The translations under genes were made by a program, and so were the position numbers. Under the pieces are notes generated by a model, which was given only the letters and a program-made list of their open reading frames with translations, was not told the DNA's origin and did no database searches. A stretch of 57,845 nt of DNA, from assembly GCA_947426265.1 (NCBI GenBank), contig CANEDJ010000003.1, positions 1 to 57,845 on the forward strand. The letters run 5' to 3'. Position 1 is the first letter of the stretch. Each line of letters begins with the position of its first letter. The DNA is from an uncultured Mycoplasmatota bacterium. GTDB lineage: Bacteria; Bacillota_I; Bacilli_A; RF39; UBA660. Shown here piece by piece: positions 20,560 through 29,987 of this stretch.

Positions 20560-20998
20560 ATGACTTTTTTAGAACTTAATGATGAAAATATTAAAGCAAT
20601 TGCAGATAAAGTGATTAATCATACTTATTATGGAGATGAAAAACGTATTATTCATGATGTCTTTCACCAGTTTAAATGCAATAATAATTTAAATGAAATT
20701 GCTATAAAAATAGCAATCGTTGATTTAACAAGTTCTACTCATTTATCACAAAGACTGTTATTCAATTTATGCTGGAATTATAAAGAGAATGTTACCTCAT
20801 TATAGTAAAAAAGTAACTGCATATCAAATTGAAACGTGGAGAAAAAATTTCAACTATGAAGCTTTTAATGATTGCATTACAAATTTATTAGAAGAAAAAA
20901 ATGTTCATGTCAAATATCGACGTAGAATGCTTGATTATTTTATGTGGTATCCAAATAGAAAAAATCAAAATTTGAGTGAACATAATGTAGCTTTATAA
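20560..20998 (+). pseudogene. two overlapping small ORFs (81 + 69 aa; second in the +1 frame): possibly one ~145-aa gene broken by a frameshift
   Basis: The second frame is open from 20729, overlapping the first ORF by ~75 nt; the second ORF has no convincing SD. Confidence 0.3.
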
Positions 20999-21056
20999 AG
21001 AGGAGTATTAATTTTTTTGCAACTATGTTATACTAATGGCGTTGAGGAGTGAATGT

Positions 21057-21566
21057 ATGGGAAGAAAATTATTGATAACAACTATTATTTTGACATTTTG
21101 TTTTTCTTGGGTAGGGTGTCAAAAAAAGGATATTCCAAGTGAATTTGGAAAGGACAATCAAGAAGAAAAAGTAAACTATAGAATTATAGAACCAGCTGAA
21201 CTAAATGAAATAGATGGAGTTTTAATGAGAATAAAAAAAGACACCTTAACTAGAATAAGTGCAACAATTGTTATTTATGATTATACCAATGATGATAATA
21301 TTTATGGTCAAGCTTACCGAATTGATAAAAAAGAAAACGGGAAATGGACATCTTTAAAAACATTAGATGGAAAAAATTGGACAGAAGTAAACTGGATTTT
21401 AATAGGGTATCATGTTGATGAACATGATCGATTAGAACTAAATATTGGTTGGAAAGATATGTATGGCACATTACCAAATGGAGAATATCGAATTGTAAAA
21501 GACACTTCAAAGCAAGGTGAAATGAAACATTACGAATTTTCTGTACAATTTATTATTGAATCATAG
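21057..21566 (+). CDS. putative lipoprotein (169 aa)
   Basis: Signal peptide with lipobox FSWVG|C; GAGGAG SD 7 nt before ATG 21057. Confidence 0.6.
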   Translation: MGRKLLITTIILTFCFSWVGCQKKDIPSEFGKDNQEEKVNYRIIEPAELNEIDGVLMRIKKDTLTRISATIVIYDYTNDDNIYGQAYRIDKKENGKWTSLKTLDGKNWTEVNWILIGYHVDEHDRLELNIGWKDMYGTLPNGEYRIVKDTSKQGEMKHYEFSVQFIIES

Positions 21567-21567
21567 A

Positions 21568-21590
21568 AAGCAAGAAATTCTTGCTTTTTT
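21568..21590 (+). terminator. intrinsic terminator
   Basis: AAGCAAG-AAATT-CTTGCTT followed by T-run. Confidence 0.8.
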
Positions 21591-21655
21591 GTAAGCTTAA
21601 TTTGATAGAATAAAAAGAGAAATTATTGTATCCTGAAAAAGGAAAGGAGGACATT

Positions 21656-22375
21656 ATGAACCTAGGTGAGAAAATAGTCAAAATTAGAAAAGACAATGAG
21701 ATGTCTCAAGATGATTTAGCTGAAATTTTAAACGTTGCAAGACAAACTGTTTCAAATTGGGAAAACTCTAAAAATTATCCTGATATTGAAACATTGATTG
21801 AACTTAGTGATAAATTTCATATTTCTTTAGATGTCTTATTAAAAGGAGATAAAGAAATGGTTTATAAAATGGATAAGAAAATGAAGAATGCAAAAATTTT
21901 TAAAACTGTTACACTTGTTTTACTTTTAATATTACTTTTTGTAAGTGTTATTTTTGGGTTAAATTATCGAATGAAAAAAGAAAAAGAGAGGAAAGTAGAA
22001 CAAAAATATAATACGCTTATGAAGAATATTGATAAATTAGGCTTTGAAAAGGATGGAATTGGCTTTGCGTTTATCAAAGAAGATGGAATTATTTATAGAG
22101 TTTTTATAAAAAAACCATTATCAGAAAATAATGAAATAAGCGCAAATACAATAACTTTTAGTGATGAAGAAGCAATTTCTGTTGACTATGATGGAAAAAT
22201 AGCAAAAGTGACATATTTAAATGAGAATAAGACAACTGTTTATTGCGATCAATTTGGTAATTTATTTAACGAAGCTCAAAATAAAAATTCTATAGAGATT
22301 TATGATAAATATCAAGATAGAACGATTTCTATTGTCACTAGGATGGTAGAACTATTTGATAACATTTACAGATAG
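21656..22375 (+). CDS. membrane-anchored XRE-family HTH protein (HTH, one TM, extracytoplasmic domain)
   Basis: LGEKIVKIRKDNEMSQDDLAEILNVARQTVSNWENSKNYPDIETLIELSDKF, then TM VTLVLLLILLFVSVIFGL; GGAAAGGAGG SD. Confidence 0.75.
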   Translation: MNLGEKIVKIRKDNEMSQDDLAEILNVARQTVSNWENSKNYPDIETLIELSDKFHISLDVLLKGDKEMVYKMDKKMKNAKIFKTVTLVLLLILLFVSVIFGLNYRMKKEKERKVEQKYNTLMKNIDKLGFEKDGIGFAFIKEDGIIYRVFIKKPLSENNEISANTITFSDEEAISVDYDGKIAKVTYLNENKTTVYCDQFGNLFNEAQNKNSIEIYDKYQDRTISIVTRMVELFDNIYR

Positions 22376-22461
22376 CATTCAACAAAATAAAATTCATGAA
22401 ATAAAAGAGAAAAAATAGACTTCTCTTTTATTTTTGTGTTAAAATAAGAACAGGTGAGACC

Positions 22462-25017
22462 ATGAAATGTAGTGAAGTAGATTTAACAAAAGTAACGCCA
22501 GCAATGAGGCAGTATTTAGAAATAAAAGAAGCAAATCCAGATGTTGTTTTGTTTTTTAGACTAGGAGACTTTTATGAAATGTTTTTTGAAGATGCAATTA
22601 CAGTATCTCGGGAGTTAGAATTAACTTTAACAAGTAAAAATGCAGGTTTGGGAGAAAAAGTTCCAATGAGTGGAGTTCCCCATCATGCTGCTAATGTCTA
22701 TATTGATAAACTGATTGAAAAAGGGTATAAAGTTGGAATCTGTGAACAATTAGAAGATCCCAAATCAGTAAAAGGAATTGTTAAAAGAGGTTTAATTCAA
22801 ATTGTTTCTAGAGGAACTATTTTTAATAATGAATCACTAGTAGAAAATGATTTTAATTATATTGGAAGTATTTTGGATTTTGGTCATGCATATGCTATTG
22901 CGTATGCAGATATCTCAACAGGAGCAATCTATGCAGAATTAGTGGAACATAATGCAAGTAAACTCGTGAGTGAAGTTGTTAATATCGGATTAAAAGAAGC
23001 GATTATTAGTGATAAAGTAGATAAGGCTATTGTGTCTATGCTTAAGAACCAATTTAAAATTTCTGTTTCTATTTCTGATGCAATTGATGAATTAGAAGAA
23101 TATGGATATATCTATGAAGATATTGAAGATATGCGTTATATTGAGGCAGTAAAACATTTACTTACTTATGTAACAAATACGCAAAAAAGAAGTTTGTCTC
23201 ACTTACAAAAAGTAGTTATTGAAGAACAAAAAAATCATTTAAAAATGGACATTCATACCAAAAGGAATTTGGAATTAACTGAAACTTTACGTTTAAAACA
23301 AAGAAACTTTTCTTTGATTTGGCTACTTGATAAAACCAAAACGGCAATGGGAGCTAGAATGTTAAAATCTTTTATTGAAAATCCTTTGGTAGATAAAGAT
23401 GAGATTAATCGAAGATATGATGTAGTAGAAATTTTATTAAAAGAATTTATTTTAAAAGAAGATCTGTGTGCTGCTCTTTTTGAAGTTTATGACTTAGAAC
23501 GTTTGAGTGGGCGTGTGGCGTTTGGAAATGCGAATGCTAGAGACTTGTTACAATTAAAAACTTCATTAAAAGTATTACCAGCAATTCATGATATATTAGA
23601 AAAAATTGGCTTTCATGAAAATATAGAAACATTAGATGACTTATATCAATTATTAGAAAACAGCATTTATGAAAATCCACCTTTATCTATTAAAGAAGGA
23701 TACTTAATTAAAGAAGGATATAGTTCCGAACTTGATGAACTAAAAAATCTAAGAAAAGGTGGCAAAGATTTTGTAGCTAGATTTGAAGCTGAAGAAAAAG
23801 AAAAAACTGGTATCAAGAATTTAAAAGTTGGATATAATAAAATATTTGGTTATTATATTGAAGTTTCTAAAGGAAATGTATCTATGGTAAAACCAGAGTA
23901 TGGATATGAAAGAAAACAGACACTAACAAATTGTGAACGTTACATTAGTCCTGTATTAAAAGAAAAAGAAGCATTAATTTTAAATGCAGAAGAAAAAATT
24001 ATAGAATTAGAATATACACTTTTCTCTGAGATCAGAGAGAAAATTAAAAGTTATATTCCTAGATTGCAGAAAATTTCTAAAACCATTAGTGAAATAGATG
24101 TATTGCAGTCTTTTACAACTGTTACAGAAGAAAATAATTATGTTAGACCAATTTTAACAGATGAAAAAGTGCTTGAAATCATTGATGATAGACATCCAGT
24201 TGTAGAAAAAGTAATTGATGGTGAATATGTTCCAAATGACATTTTGATGGACAAAGATACTGACATTTTACTAATTACTGGACCAAATATGGCTGGAAAA
24301 TCTACATATATGCGTCAGCTGGCAATTACAGTTATTATGGCTCAAATAGGATGCTTCGTTCCAGCGAACAAAGCAGTTCTTCCAATTTTTGATCATATTT
24401 TTACTAGAATTGGTGCTAGTGATGATTTAGTAAGTGGAGAATCCACTTTTATGGTAGAAATGATGGAAGCCAATCATGCTATTAGTAATGCAACTGAAAA
24501 TAGTTTGATTTTATTTGATGAGCTTGGAAGAGGAACGGCAACTTTTGATGGAATGAGTTTGGCGCAAGCTATTATTGAATATATTCATGATAACATTCAC
24601 GCAAAAACTTTATTTTCAACTCATTATCATGAATTGACAGATTTGGAAAAGAATTTAAAACATTTAAAAAACATTCATGTTAGTGCTCATGAAGAAGACG
24701 GAAATATTACATTTTTACATAAAATTAAATCAGGTAGTGTTGACAAAAGTTATGGAATTCATGTTGCAAAACTTGCAAATCTTCCTGATAGTCTTATTAA
24801 AAGAGCCAATCAAATTTTGGATGTTTATGAAAATACAGAAAAGAAAAGGGATATTAAAATCCAGGAATCACTACCAATAGATGAATTAGTAATTCCACAA
24901 AAATCTAAAATAGAAGAAGAATTAGAACAAATTAATCCAATGGAGGTTACCCCATTGGAGGCACTAAATATTTTGTATCGTTTAAAAAATGAAGTAAAGG
25001 GTAAAATAAATTCGTAG
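22462..25017 (+). CDS. mutS: DNA mismatch repair protein MutS
   Basis: TPAMRQYLEIK, FFRLGDFYEMFFEDA, Walker A GPNMAGKST, STFMVEM, DELGRGT. Confidence 0.97.
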   Translation: MKCSEVDLTKVTPAMRQYLEIKEANPDVVLFFRLGDFYEMFFEDAITVSRELELTLTSKNAGLGEKVPMSGVPHHAANVYIDKLIEKGYKVGICEQLEDPKSVKGIVKRGLIQIVSRGTIFNNESLVENDFNYIGSILDFGHAYAIAYADISTGAIYAELVEHNASKLVSEVVNIGLKEAIISDKVDKAIVSMLKNQFKISVSISDAIDELEEYGYIYEDIEDMRYIEAVKHLLTYVTNTQKRSLSHLQKVVIEEQKNHLKMDIHTKRNLELTETLRLKQRNFSLIWLLDKTKTAMGARMLKSFIENPLVDKDEINRRYDVVEILLKEFILKEDLCAALFEVYDLERLSGRVAFGNANARDLLQLKTSLKVLPAIHDILEKIGFHENIETLDDLYQLLENSIYENPPLSIKEGYLIKEGYSSELDELKNLRKGGKDFVARFEAEEKEKTGIKNLKVGYNKIFGYYIEVSKGNVSMVKPEYGYERKQTLTNCERYISPVLKEKEALILNAEEKIIELEYTLFSEIREKIKSYIPRLQKISKTISEIDVLQSFTTVTEENNYVRPILTDEKVLEIIDDRHPVVEKVIDGEYVPNDILMDKDTDILLITGPNMAGKSTYMRQLAITVIMAQIGCFVPANKAVLPIFDHIFTRIGASDDLVSGESTFMVEMMEANHAISNATENSLILFDELGRGTATFDGMSLAQAIIEYIHDNIHAKTLFSTHYHELTDLEKNLKHLKNIHVSAHEEDGNITFLHKIKSGSVDKSYGIHVAKLANLPDSLIKRANQILDVYENTEKKRDIKIQESLPIDELVIPQKSKIEEELEQINPMEVTPLEALNILYRLKNEVKGKINS

Positions 25018-25034
25018 AATAATGGAGGGGAAAT

Positions 25035-25541
25035 ATGAAATTATTAGAAAAAGAAAATTGGTGGATATGGCTTATTTTAGCTTTTTTATCAGGAGGAACA
25101 AGCGTTCTTGTATTAGGGGCTTTATTAGATATATATGATAAAGAGGCGTGGTATTATAGGTGGACTAGAAAATTACCAAAACCATTATTGATCATAGGAA
25201 TTTTCTTATTTGGAGTAACAGCACTTATCTCCGTTTTTGCACTTCCATATTTATCATCTTTTGATATTAGTAAGTTTAATCTTGGAGTTGCAATTGGGAT
25301 TTCTGTTATTTCTATTATTTACATGATAATAGAAATCGTGTTAGTTGTTTTTCAAATTCAAATTGTGTGTGAAGTAAATGCAAGACTAGGTACTCCAGGA
25401 AGTGAAATTTATTTATCACCATATATTTGGATTTTAGGGCTGATTATTCCAATAATTGGTTGGATTATGATATTAGTGATGACTTTTTATCTACAAATAT
25501 GGTATTTGGTAATGTTATATCGAGGTATTGATATTAAATGA
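25035..25541 (+). CDS. hypothetical 4-TM membrane protein
   Basis: GGAGGGG SD; four hydrophobic helices; 17 nt after mutS. Confidence 0.6.
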   Translation: MKLLEKENWWIWLILAFLSGGTSVLVLGALLDIYDKEAWYYRWTRKLPKPLLIIGIFLFGVTALISVFALPYLSSFDISKFNLGVAIGISVISIIYMIIEIVLVVFQIQIVCEVNARLGTPGSEIYLSPYIWILGLIIPIIGWIMILVMTFYLQIWYLVMLYRGIDIK

Positions 25542-25581
25542 AAAGAGGAACTGTAAAGTTGCTTTTTTCTTTTGATTTTTT

Positions 25582-25610
25582 TTGACAAAGAAAACTATCT
25601 ATAGTATAAT
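25582..25610 (+). promoter_or_regulatory. perfect-consensus sigma-A promoter
   Basis: TTGACA-17 nt-TATAAT, 36 nt upstream of ATG 25647. Confidence 0.7.
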
Positions 25611-25646
25611 GAATAAAGTTAGAATAAAAGGTATGGAGGGGTAAGT

Positions 25647-27140
25647 ATGGTAAGTAATTCCAAAGTTATTTATCTACAAAAAGAAGATGGAAGAAGCATT
25701 AAAGCCTATGTAGTTAGTTATTTAAAACAACAAATAACAGGAAAAACATATGTAATTGTTGCCAATCAAAATGGGCAGAATGCTAAAGGATATGAGGTAG
25801 TAGAAGGTCAAGCGGTCATTCTTTCAAAGGAAGATAGCGCAATATTCAAAGGATATAAAAGTAATCCTGATTTTTTGGATGTTACGAATGAATTTGAAGA
25901 TGGCATTGCGTTAGAATTAGTAAAAGAAGCCAAAAAAGAAGAAAAAGTTGATGTTGTTTATTATGTTTATGACAATCGTACATTAAATGCGTATAGAGCT
26001 TCTTTGTCAACAACAAATACTTTATCTGATATTCATTTTTTAAAGACTTGGGAGGGTATTAGTGAAGAGGAGATCGCTCGTATTGTGAATGAAAATCAAT
26101 ATCCTGAACCTGCTTTTGTTGTATATGACAAAAAAAATGATTTAGAGTATGGAAATGATGGCACATTAACCCCTTTAAAATGGACCGCTGTTAGTGACAT
26201 TCCTTATGAAGGAAGTATGGATGTGTATGATTTGTCTATAGAAGAGCATCCTGAAATAACTGAGCTAGCTTCTGCTTCTTCTAGTGTTGTAGAACCAGAA
26301 AGTTTTATGGAAGAACTAGACACTAGCTTTGAAGAAGATTCGGCCCATAAAGATGCAGGAACAGAGGAAAGTTCTCGGGGAGATTTTGTTGACTTTGATT
26401 ATATTATTTTTTATGTTTATGACCAAAATGTTGTTAAAAAATATAGCGCACTTCTAACAAAAGTAACAGAGGATAGCATTGAAGTAAAAGATATAAAAAC
26501 AGTTGAAGTAATTACTGGAGCAGCCAACTTGGATATAAATCAATTCTTGGCTGGAGAAGAGGTTGCTCTTGGTTCATATTTTGTAACTTATGATGATTAT
26601 AATCCAACAATTGAAAATATCAATGGAAAATTAGTTGCAGTAGCAACTTTGAGTAATGTAATTTGTAAAACTGAGGAGATGAATGTACAAGATTTTGAAG
26701 AGCAACCAGAGCCAGAAATGGAAGCTACTGAGAATTTGGCGGCAAAGAAAATTTTAGTATTTAATGGAGATATTGATGTTTATGACAATCAAACGCATTA
26801 TACTATTTGGGGATGTTTTTGTACAGTTTTATCCGAAGATCCCCTTAGTGTTATTCCAGAAAAAAATGGAATAAAAACAGTTATATATGAAGATGAGAAG
26901 TCTTCTTCGATTAATGAAGTTTGTCAAAAATACCAAGATTTATATCCAGGAATTTCAGTTTATTTGACAAGTGCAGAAATAAAAGGAAGCAATGCGATCA
27001 CAATTGATGAATATACAAGCTTTCAACCTCAATCTAAAATGGAAGAAGGAAGCTTATTAGAAAATGGAAGAAAAGTATTAACCGAAGAAGAAATGATCGC
27101 CAAAAGAGAAAAAGAGTTGGAAGACTTAAAAAAAAAGTAA
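25647..27140 (+). CDS. hypothetical acidic 497-aa protein with three internal ~125-aa repeats
   Basis: GGAGGGG SD; long ORF in a stop-rich AT genome; repeat blocks VVYYVYDNRTLNAY / IIFYVYDQNVVKKY / ILVFNGDIDVYDNQTHY. Confidence 0.75.
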   Translation: MVSNSKVIYLQKEDGRSIKAYVVSYLKQQITGKTYVIVANQNGQNAKGYEVVEGQAVILSKEDSAIFKGYKSNPDFLDVTNEFEDGIALELVKEAKKEEKVDVVYYVYDNRTLNAYRASLSTTNTLSDIHFLKTWEGISEEEIARIVNENQYPEPAFVVYDKKNDLEYGNDGTLTPLKWTAVSDIPYEGSMDVYDLSIEEHPEITELASASSSVVEPESFMEELDTSFEEDSAHKDAGTEESSRGDFVDFDYIIFYVYDQNVVKKYSALLTKVTEDSIEVKDIKTVEVITGAANLDINQFLAGEEVALGSYFVTYDDYNPTIENINGKLVAVATLSNVICKTEEMNVQDFEEQPEPEMEATENLAAKKILVFNGDIDVYDNQTHYTIWGCFCTVLSEDPLSVIPEKNGIKTVIYEDEKSSSINEVCQKYQDLYPGISVYLTSAEIKGSNAITIDEYTSFQPQSKMEEGSLLENGRKVLTEEEMIAKREKELEDLKKK

Positions 27141-27166
27141 TAAGCACTGGTAAAAATACACCAGTG
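27131..27166 (+). promoter_or_regulatory. candidate -1 programmed ribosomal frameshift signal
   Basis: In-phase slippery heptamer A_AAA_AAG (27131-27137), tandem TAA TAA stops, 7-nt spacer, hairpin CACTGGT-N8-ACCAGTG (27145-27166). Confidence 0.45.
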
Positions 27167-27520
27167 ACGGAAGAATTTTTGAGCGTTTGTCCAAACGATT
27201 TAGAGTTTGCAAGTTATTTAAGAATGCTAGAAAGTGCTGGCGTTACCAAAGAGCATATGAAAGCAACAGGACTTCTAGAACAAATTGAAGAACGAAAAAA
27301 AGAAGCTCAAAAGAATAGGGTGCTATCAATTGCTTTTAAAAATTGTTTGCAAGTTAATGCAGCAAATCTAGAAATGCTAAAACAAATTGAGAAGTTTGAA
27401 AATTTAGGATTGAAACCAGAAGAAATCATAGCTACTTTGGGTATTCCAGATGTTGTTTTAGCACAATTACAGTTAGGTCCTTTTGACCTTAATGAGGGTA
27501 AAGAAGAAAGGAAAAAGTAA
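27164..27520 (+). CDS. 118-codon ORF in the -1 frame relative to the upstream gene; either a frameshift extension or a poorly initiated separate gene
   Basis: No ATG start, no SD, and the GTG candidate lies in the hairpin's 3' arm; the frame is open from 27038. Confidence 0.5.
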   Translation: MTEEFLSVCPNDLEFASYLRMLESAGVTKEHMKATGLLEQIEERKKEAQKNRVLSIAFKNCLQVNAANLEMLKQIEKFENLGLKPEEIIATLGIPDVVLAQLQLGPFDLNEGKEERKK

Positions 27521-27562
27521 TATGATATCGCTTTTTTCTTTATTTTTACTGAGGAGAGTCAT

Positions 27563-27922
27563 ATGAAACAAATGAAGCAAGAAGCCTTAAATCATTATAC
27601 TAAGATTATTGAAGAAATGGATAAATTAAACATGACGAAAGAAGAACAAATTGAGTATTTAAAATCCCGATTATTATATTTAGAATATAAATCGATGAGA
27701 AAAAATAAGATTGAGAAATTGTTATTTTTGGGCTTTTTTTTCGTTTTAATTGGTTTTTATTTGATTTCTATAAAACTTTATTTACTAGGTTTTCTTTGTA
27801 TGTTACTTCCAGGAATTTATATATCGTATAAAATTATTACTTTTGCAGAAGAAAATAGTGAGAATATGAAAGAGAGTGAAAGAAAAAAATTAGTGTCTCT
27901 TTTGAATTCTAATTTAGAATAG
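27563..27922 (+). CDS. hypothetical 2-TM membrane protein (119 aa)
   Basis: GAGGAGAG SD; helical N-terminus then two TM helices. Confidence 0.6.
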   Translation: MKQMKQEALNHYTKIIEEMDKLNMTKEEQIEYLKSRLLYLEYKSMRKNKIEKLLFLGFFFVLIGFYLISIKLYLLGFLCMLLPGIYISYKIITFAEENSENMKESERKKLVSLLNSNLE

Positions 27923-27987
27923 GAAAGTTCCTATTTTTTCTTTTGTTTTTATTTTATTTATGATAAAATTAAAAAAGGTGATGATAA

Positions 27988-28410
27988 ATGGAACAAATGA
28001 CTAGAAGTGAGCTTCGTGTAAAAATTATGACAATTTTGTATCAAATTAATATTTATGCAAAGAATAAGATTGACTATCAAGTAGAACATGTTATCAAAGA
28101 AGTTTTAGAAGTAGAAAATGAATTTGTAAAAGATGTTGTTTATGGAGTTATTACTTATCAGAATGAAATTGATGCAATTGCAAATCGCTATTTAAATAAT
28201 TGGACAATAGATCGTTTAGGAAATACAGATCAAGCAATTTTGAGAATTGGAATTTATGAACTTTTATATACTTCAACTCCAGAAATTGTAGCAATTAATG
28301 AAGCGATTGAACTGGCAAAATCTTATAGTGATGATGAAGTTCGCAAAATGATTAATGCAGTATTAGACAATGTTTATCATGATAAGGAGAACAAGAATGA
28401 ATCAAGATAA
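27988..28410 (+). CDS. nusB: transcription antitermination factor NusB
   Basis: RSELRVKIMTILYQ...DRLGNTDQAILRIGIYELLY...AINEAIELAK. Confidence 0.9.
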   Translation: MEQMTRSELRVKIMTILYQINIYAKNKIDYQVEHVIKEVLEVENEFVKDVVYGVITYQNEIDAIANRYLNNWTIDRLGNTDQAILRIGIYELLYTSTPEIVAINEAIELAKSYSDDEVRKMINAVLDNVYHDKENKNESR

Positions 28411-29662
28411 GTATTTAACAGTTAGTGCTGTAACAAAATACTTAAAATTTAAGTTTGATACAGATGAACATTTAAGAACGGTTTTTTTAAAAGGAGAAAT
28501 TTCTAATTTTAAAGCTCATACAACTGGTCATTTTTATTTTTCTTTAAAGGATGAAGGAAGCAAAATTAATGCTATTATGTTTAGTGCAAATGCTAAAAAA
28601 TTAAGTTTTGTTCCTGCTGAAGGAATGAAAGTTTTGGCCACTGGAAGGATCAGTGTTTATGAAGCAACAGGAGGATATCAGATTTATGTAGAGCAAATGG
28701 AACAGGATGGATTAGGGAACTTATATGTTGCTTTTGAAAAACTAAAACAAGATTTAGCAAAAGAGGGGTTGTTTGATCCAGCACATAAAAAGTCAATTCC
28801 TAAAATACCAACTCGAATAGGGATTGTGACAGCTCCGACTGGTGCGGCAATTAAAGATATATTATCAACAATTAAAAGGAGATTTCCAATTTGTGAGACA
28901 ATTCTTTTTCCAGCACTTGTTCAAGGAGAAAATGCAGCTAGTGATATTGCTGCTAAAATAGATATGGCATCTCACTATGAGCTGGATACTTTGATTATTG
29001 GAAGAGGAGGAGGCTCTATTGAAGACTTATGGCCGTTTAATGAAGAAATCGTTGCTAGAGCTATCTATTATTCTCCAATACCTATTATTAGTGCCGTAGG
29101 ACATGAAATTGATTTTACAATCAGTGATTTTGTTTCAGATTTAAGAGCGCCTACTCCAACAGGTGCTGCAGAAATAGCAGTTCCAAATATGATTGATTTA
29201 TTAAATCATCTAGAACAATTAAAAATTCGTTTGAAAGAAAGTATTTTAAAAAAAATAAATTATAATAGTCTATATTTAGATAGTTTAAAAAATTCTTTTG
29301 TGTTAAAAACACCAATGGTAATGTATGAAAATAAAAAGCAAAAATTGGATCTTATACAATCTAAGCTAAGTTCTTTGGTAATACATCAATTAGAAATATC
29401 AAAAAAAAATTTGGAATACATTAAGAATAATCACATTTTATTAAAACCGCAAACGATCTATGAACCTTACCAAAAAAACTTAGACCAAATAATAGAAAAA
29501 TTAGAGTTGCTTAATCCACTCAGTGTTTTAAAAAGAGGATATACATTAACATATCAAAATGGTCATTTGATAAAAAGTGTTTCTGATATTAAGGAAGAAC
29601 CATTAGAATTAAAATTCCAAGATGGAATAGTAACTGTAAAAAAAGTAAAAGTGGAGGAATAA
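28397..29662 (+). CDS. xseA: exodeoxyribonuclease VII large subunit
   Basis: YLTVSAVTKYLKFKFD...GEISNFKAHTTGHFYFSLKD...IGIVTAPTGAAIKD...GRGGGSIEDLWPFN; ATG 28397 overlaps the nusB end. Confidence 0.93.
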   Translation: MNQDKYLTVSAVTKYLKFKFDTDEHLRTVFLKGEISNFKAHTTGHFYFSLKDEGSKINAIMFSANAKKLSFVPAEGMKVLATGRISVYEATGGYQIYVEQMEQDGLGNLYVAFEKLKQDLAKEGLFDPAHKKSIPKIPTRIGIVTAPTGAAIKDILSTIKRRFPICETILFPALVQGENAASDIAAKIDMASHYELDTLIIGRGGGSIEDLWPFNEEIVARAIYYSPIPIISAVGHEIDFTISDFVSDLRAPTPTGAAEIAVPNMIDLLNHLEQLKIRLKESILKKINYNSLYLDSLKNSFVLKTPMVMYENKKQKLDLIQSKLSSLVIHQLEISKKNLEYIKNNHILLKPQTIYEPYQKNLDQIIEKLELLNPLSVLKRGYTLTYQNGHLIKSVSDIKEEPLELKFQDGIVTVKKVKVEE

Positions 29663-29663
29663 T

Positions 29664-29888
29664 ATGGCAGAGAAAGAAAAAAAATTTGAAGAAAAAATCA
29701 AAGAGTTGGAGACAATTATTAGTGAACTTGAAAACGGAAATACTGATTTAGAGGATTCTATCAATAAATATACTAAAGCAATGAAACTTGTAAAAGAATG
29801 TGATGAGAAATTAAAATCTATTGAAGAACAAGTAAATAAGATTGTTTTAGAAAATGGAGAATTAGAAACTTTTGAAATAGAATCTTAG
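29664..29888 (+). CDS. xseB: exodeoxyribonuclease VII small subunit
   Basis: FEEKIKELETIISELENGNTDLEDSINKYTKAMKLVKEC; adjacent to xseA. Confidence 0.9.
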   Translation: MAEKEKKFEEKIKELETIISELENGNTDLEDSINKYTKAMKLVKECDEKLKSIEEQVNKIVLENGELETFEIES

Positions 29889-29895
29889 TTGTTTA

Positions 29896-29920
29896 AAAAT
29901 ACCATTTTGGTATTTTTTTG
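29896..29920 (+). terminator. intrinsic terminator of the nusB-xseAB operon
   Basis: AAAAATACC-ATTTT-GGTATTTTT hairpin with T-run. Confidence 0.8.
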
Positions 29921-29923
29921 TAT

Positions 29924-29952
29924 TCATATTTGAATTCATTTTCTTCATAATA
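29924..29952 (+). promoter_or_regulatory. possible forespore (sigma-G/F-like) promoter of spoIVB
   Basis: TCATA-17 nt-CATAATA versus the GnATR-17/18-CATnnTA consensus; first -35 base mismatched. Confidence 0.3.
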
Positions 29953-29987
29953 AAAATGTAGTCTGTAGAACGAAGGAGAGATTTCAA

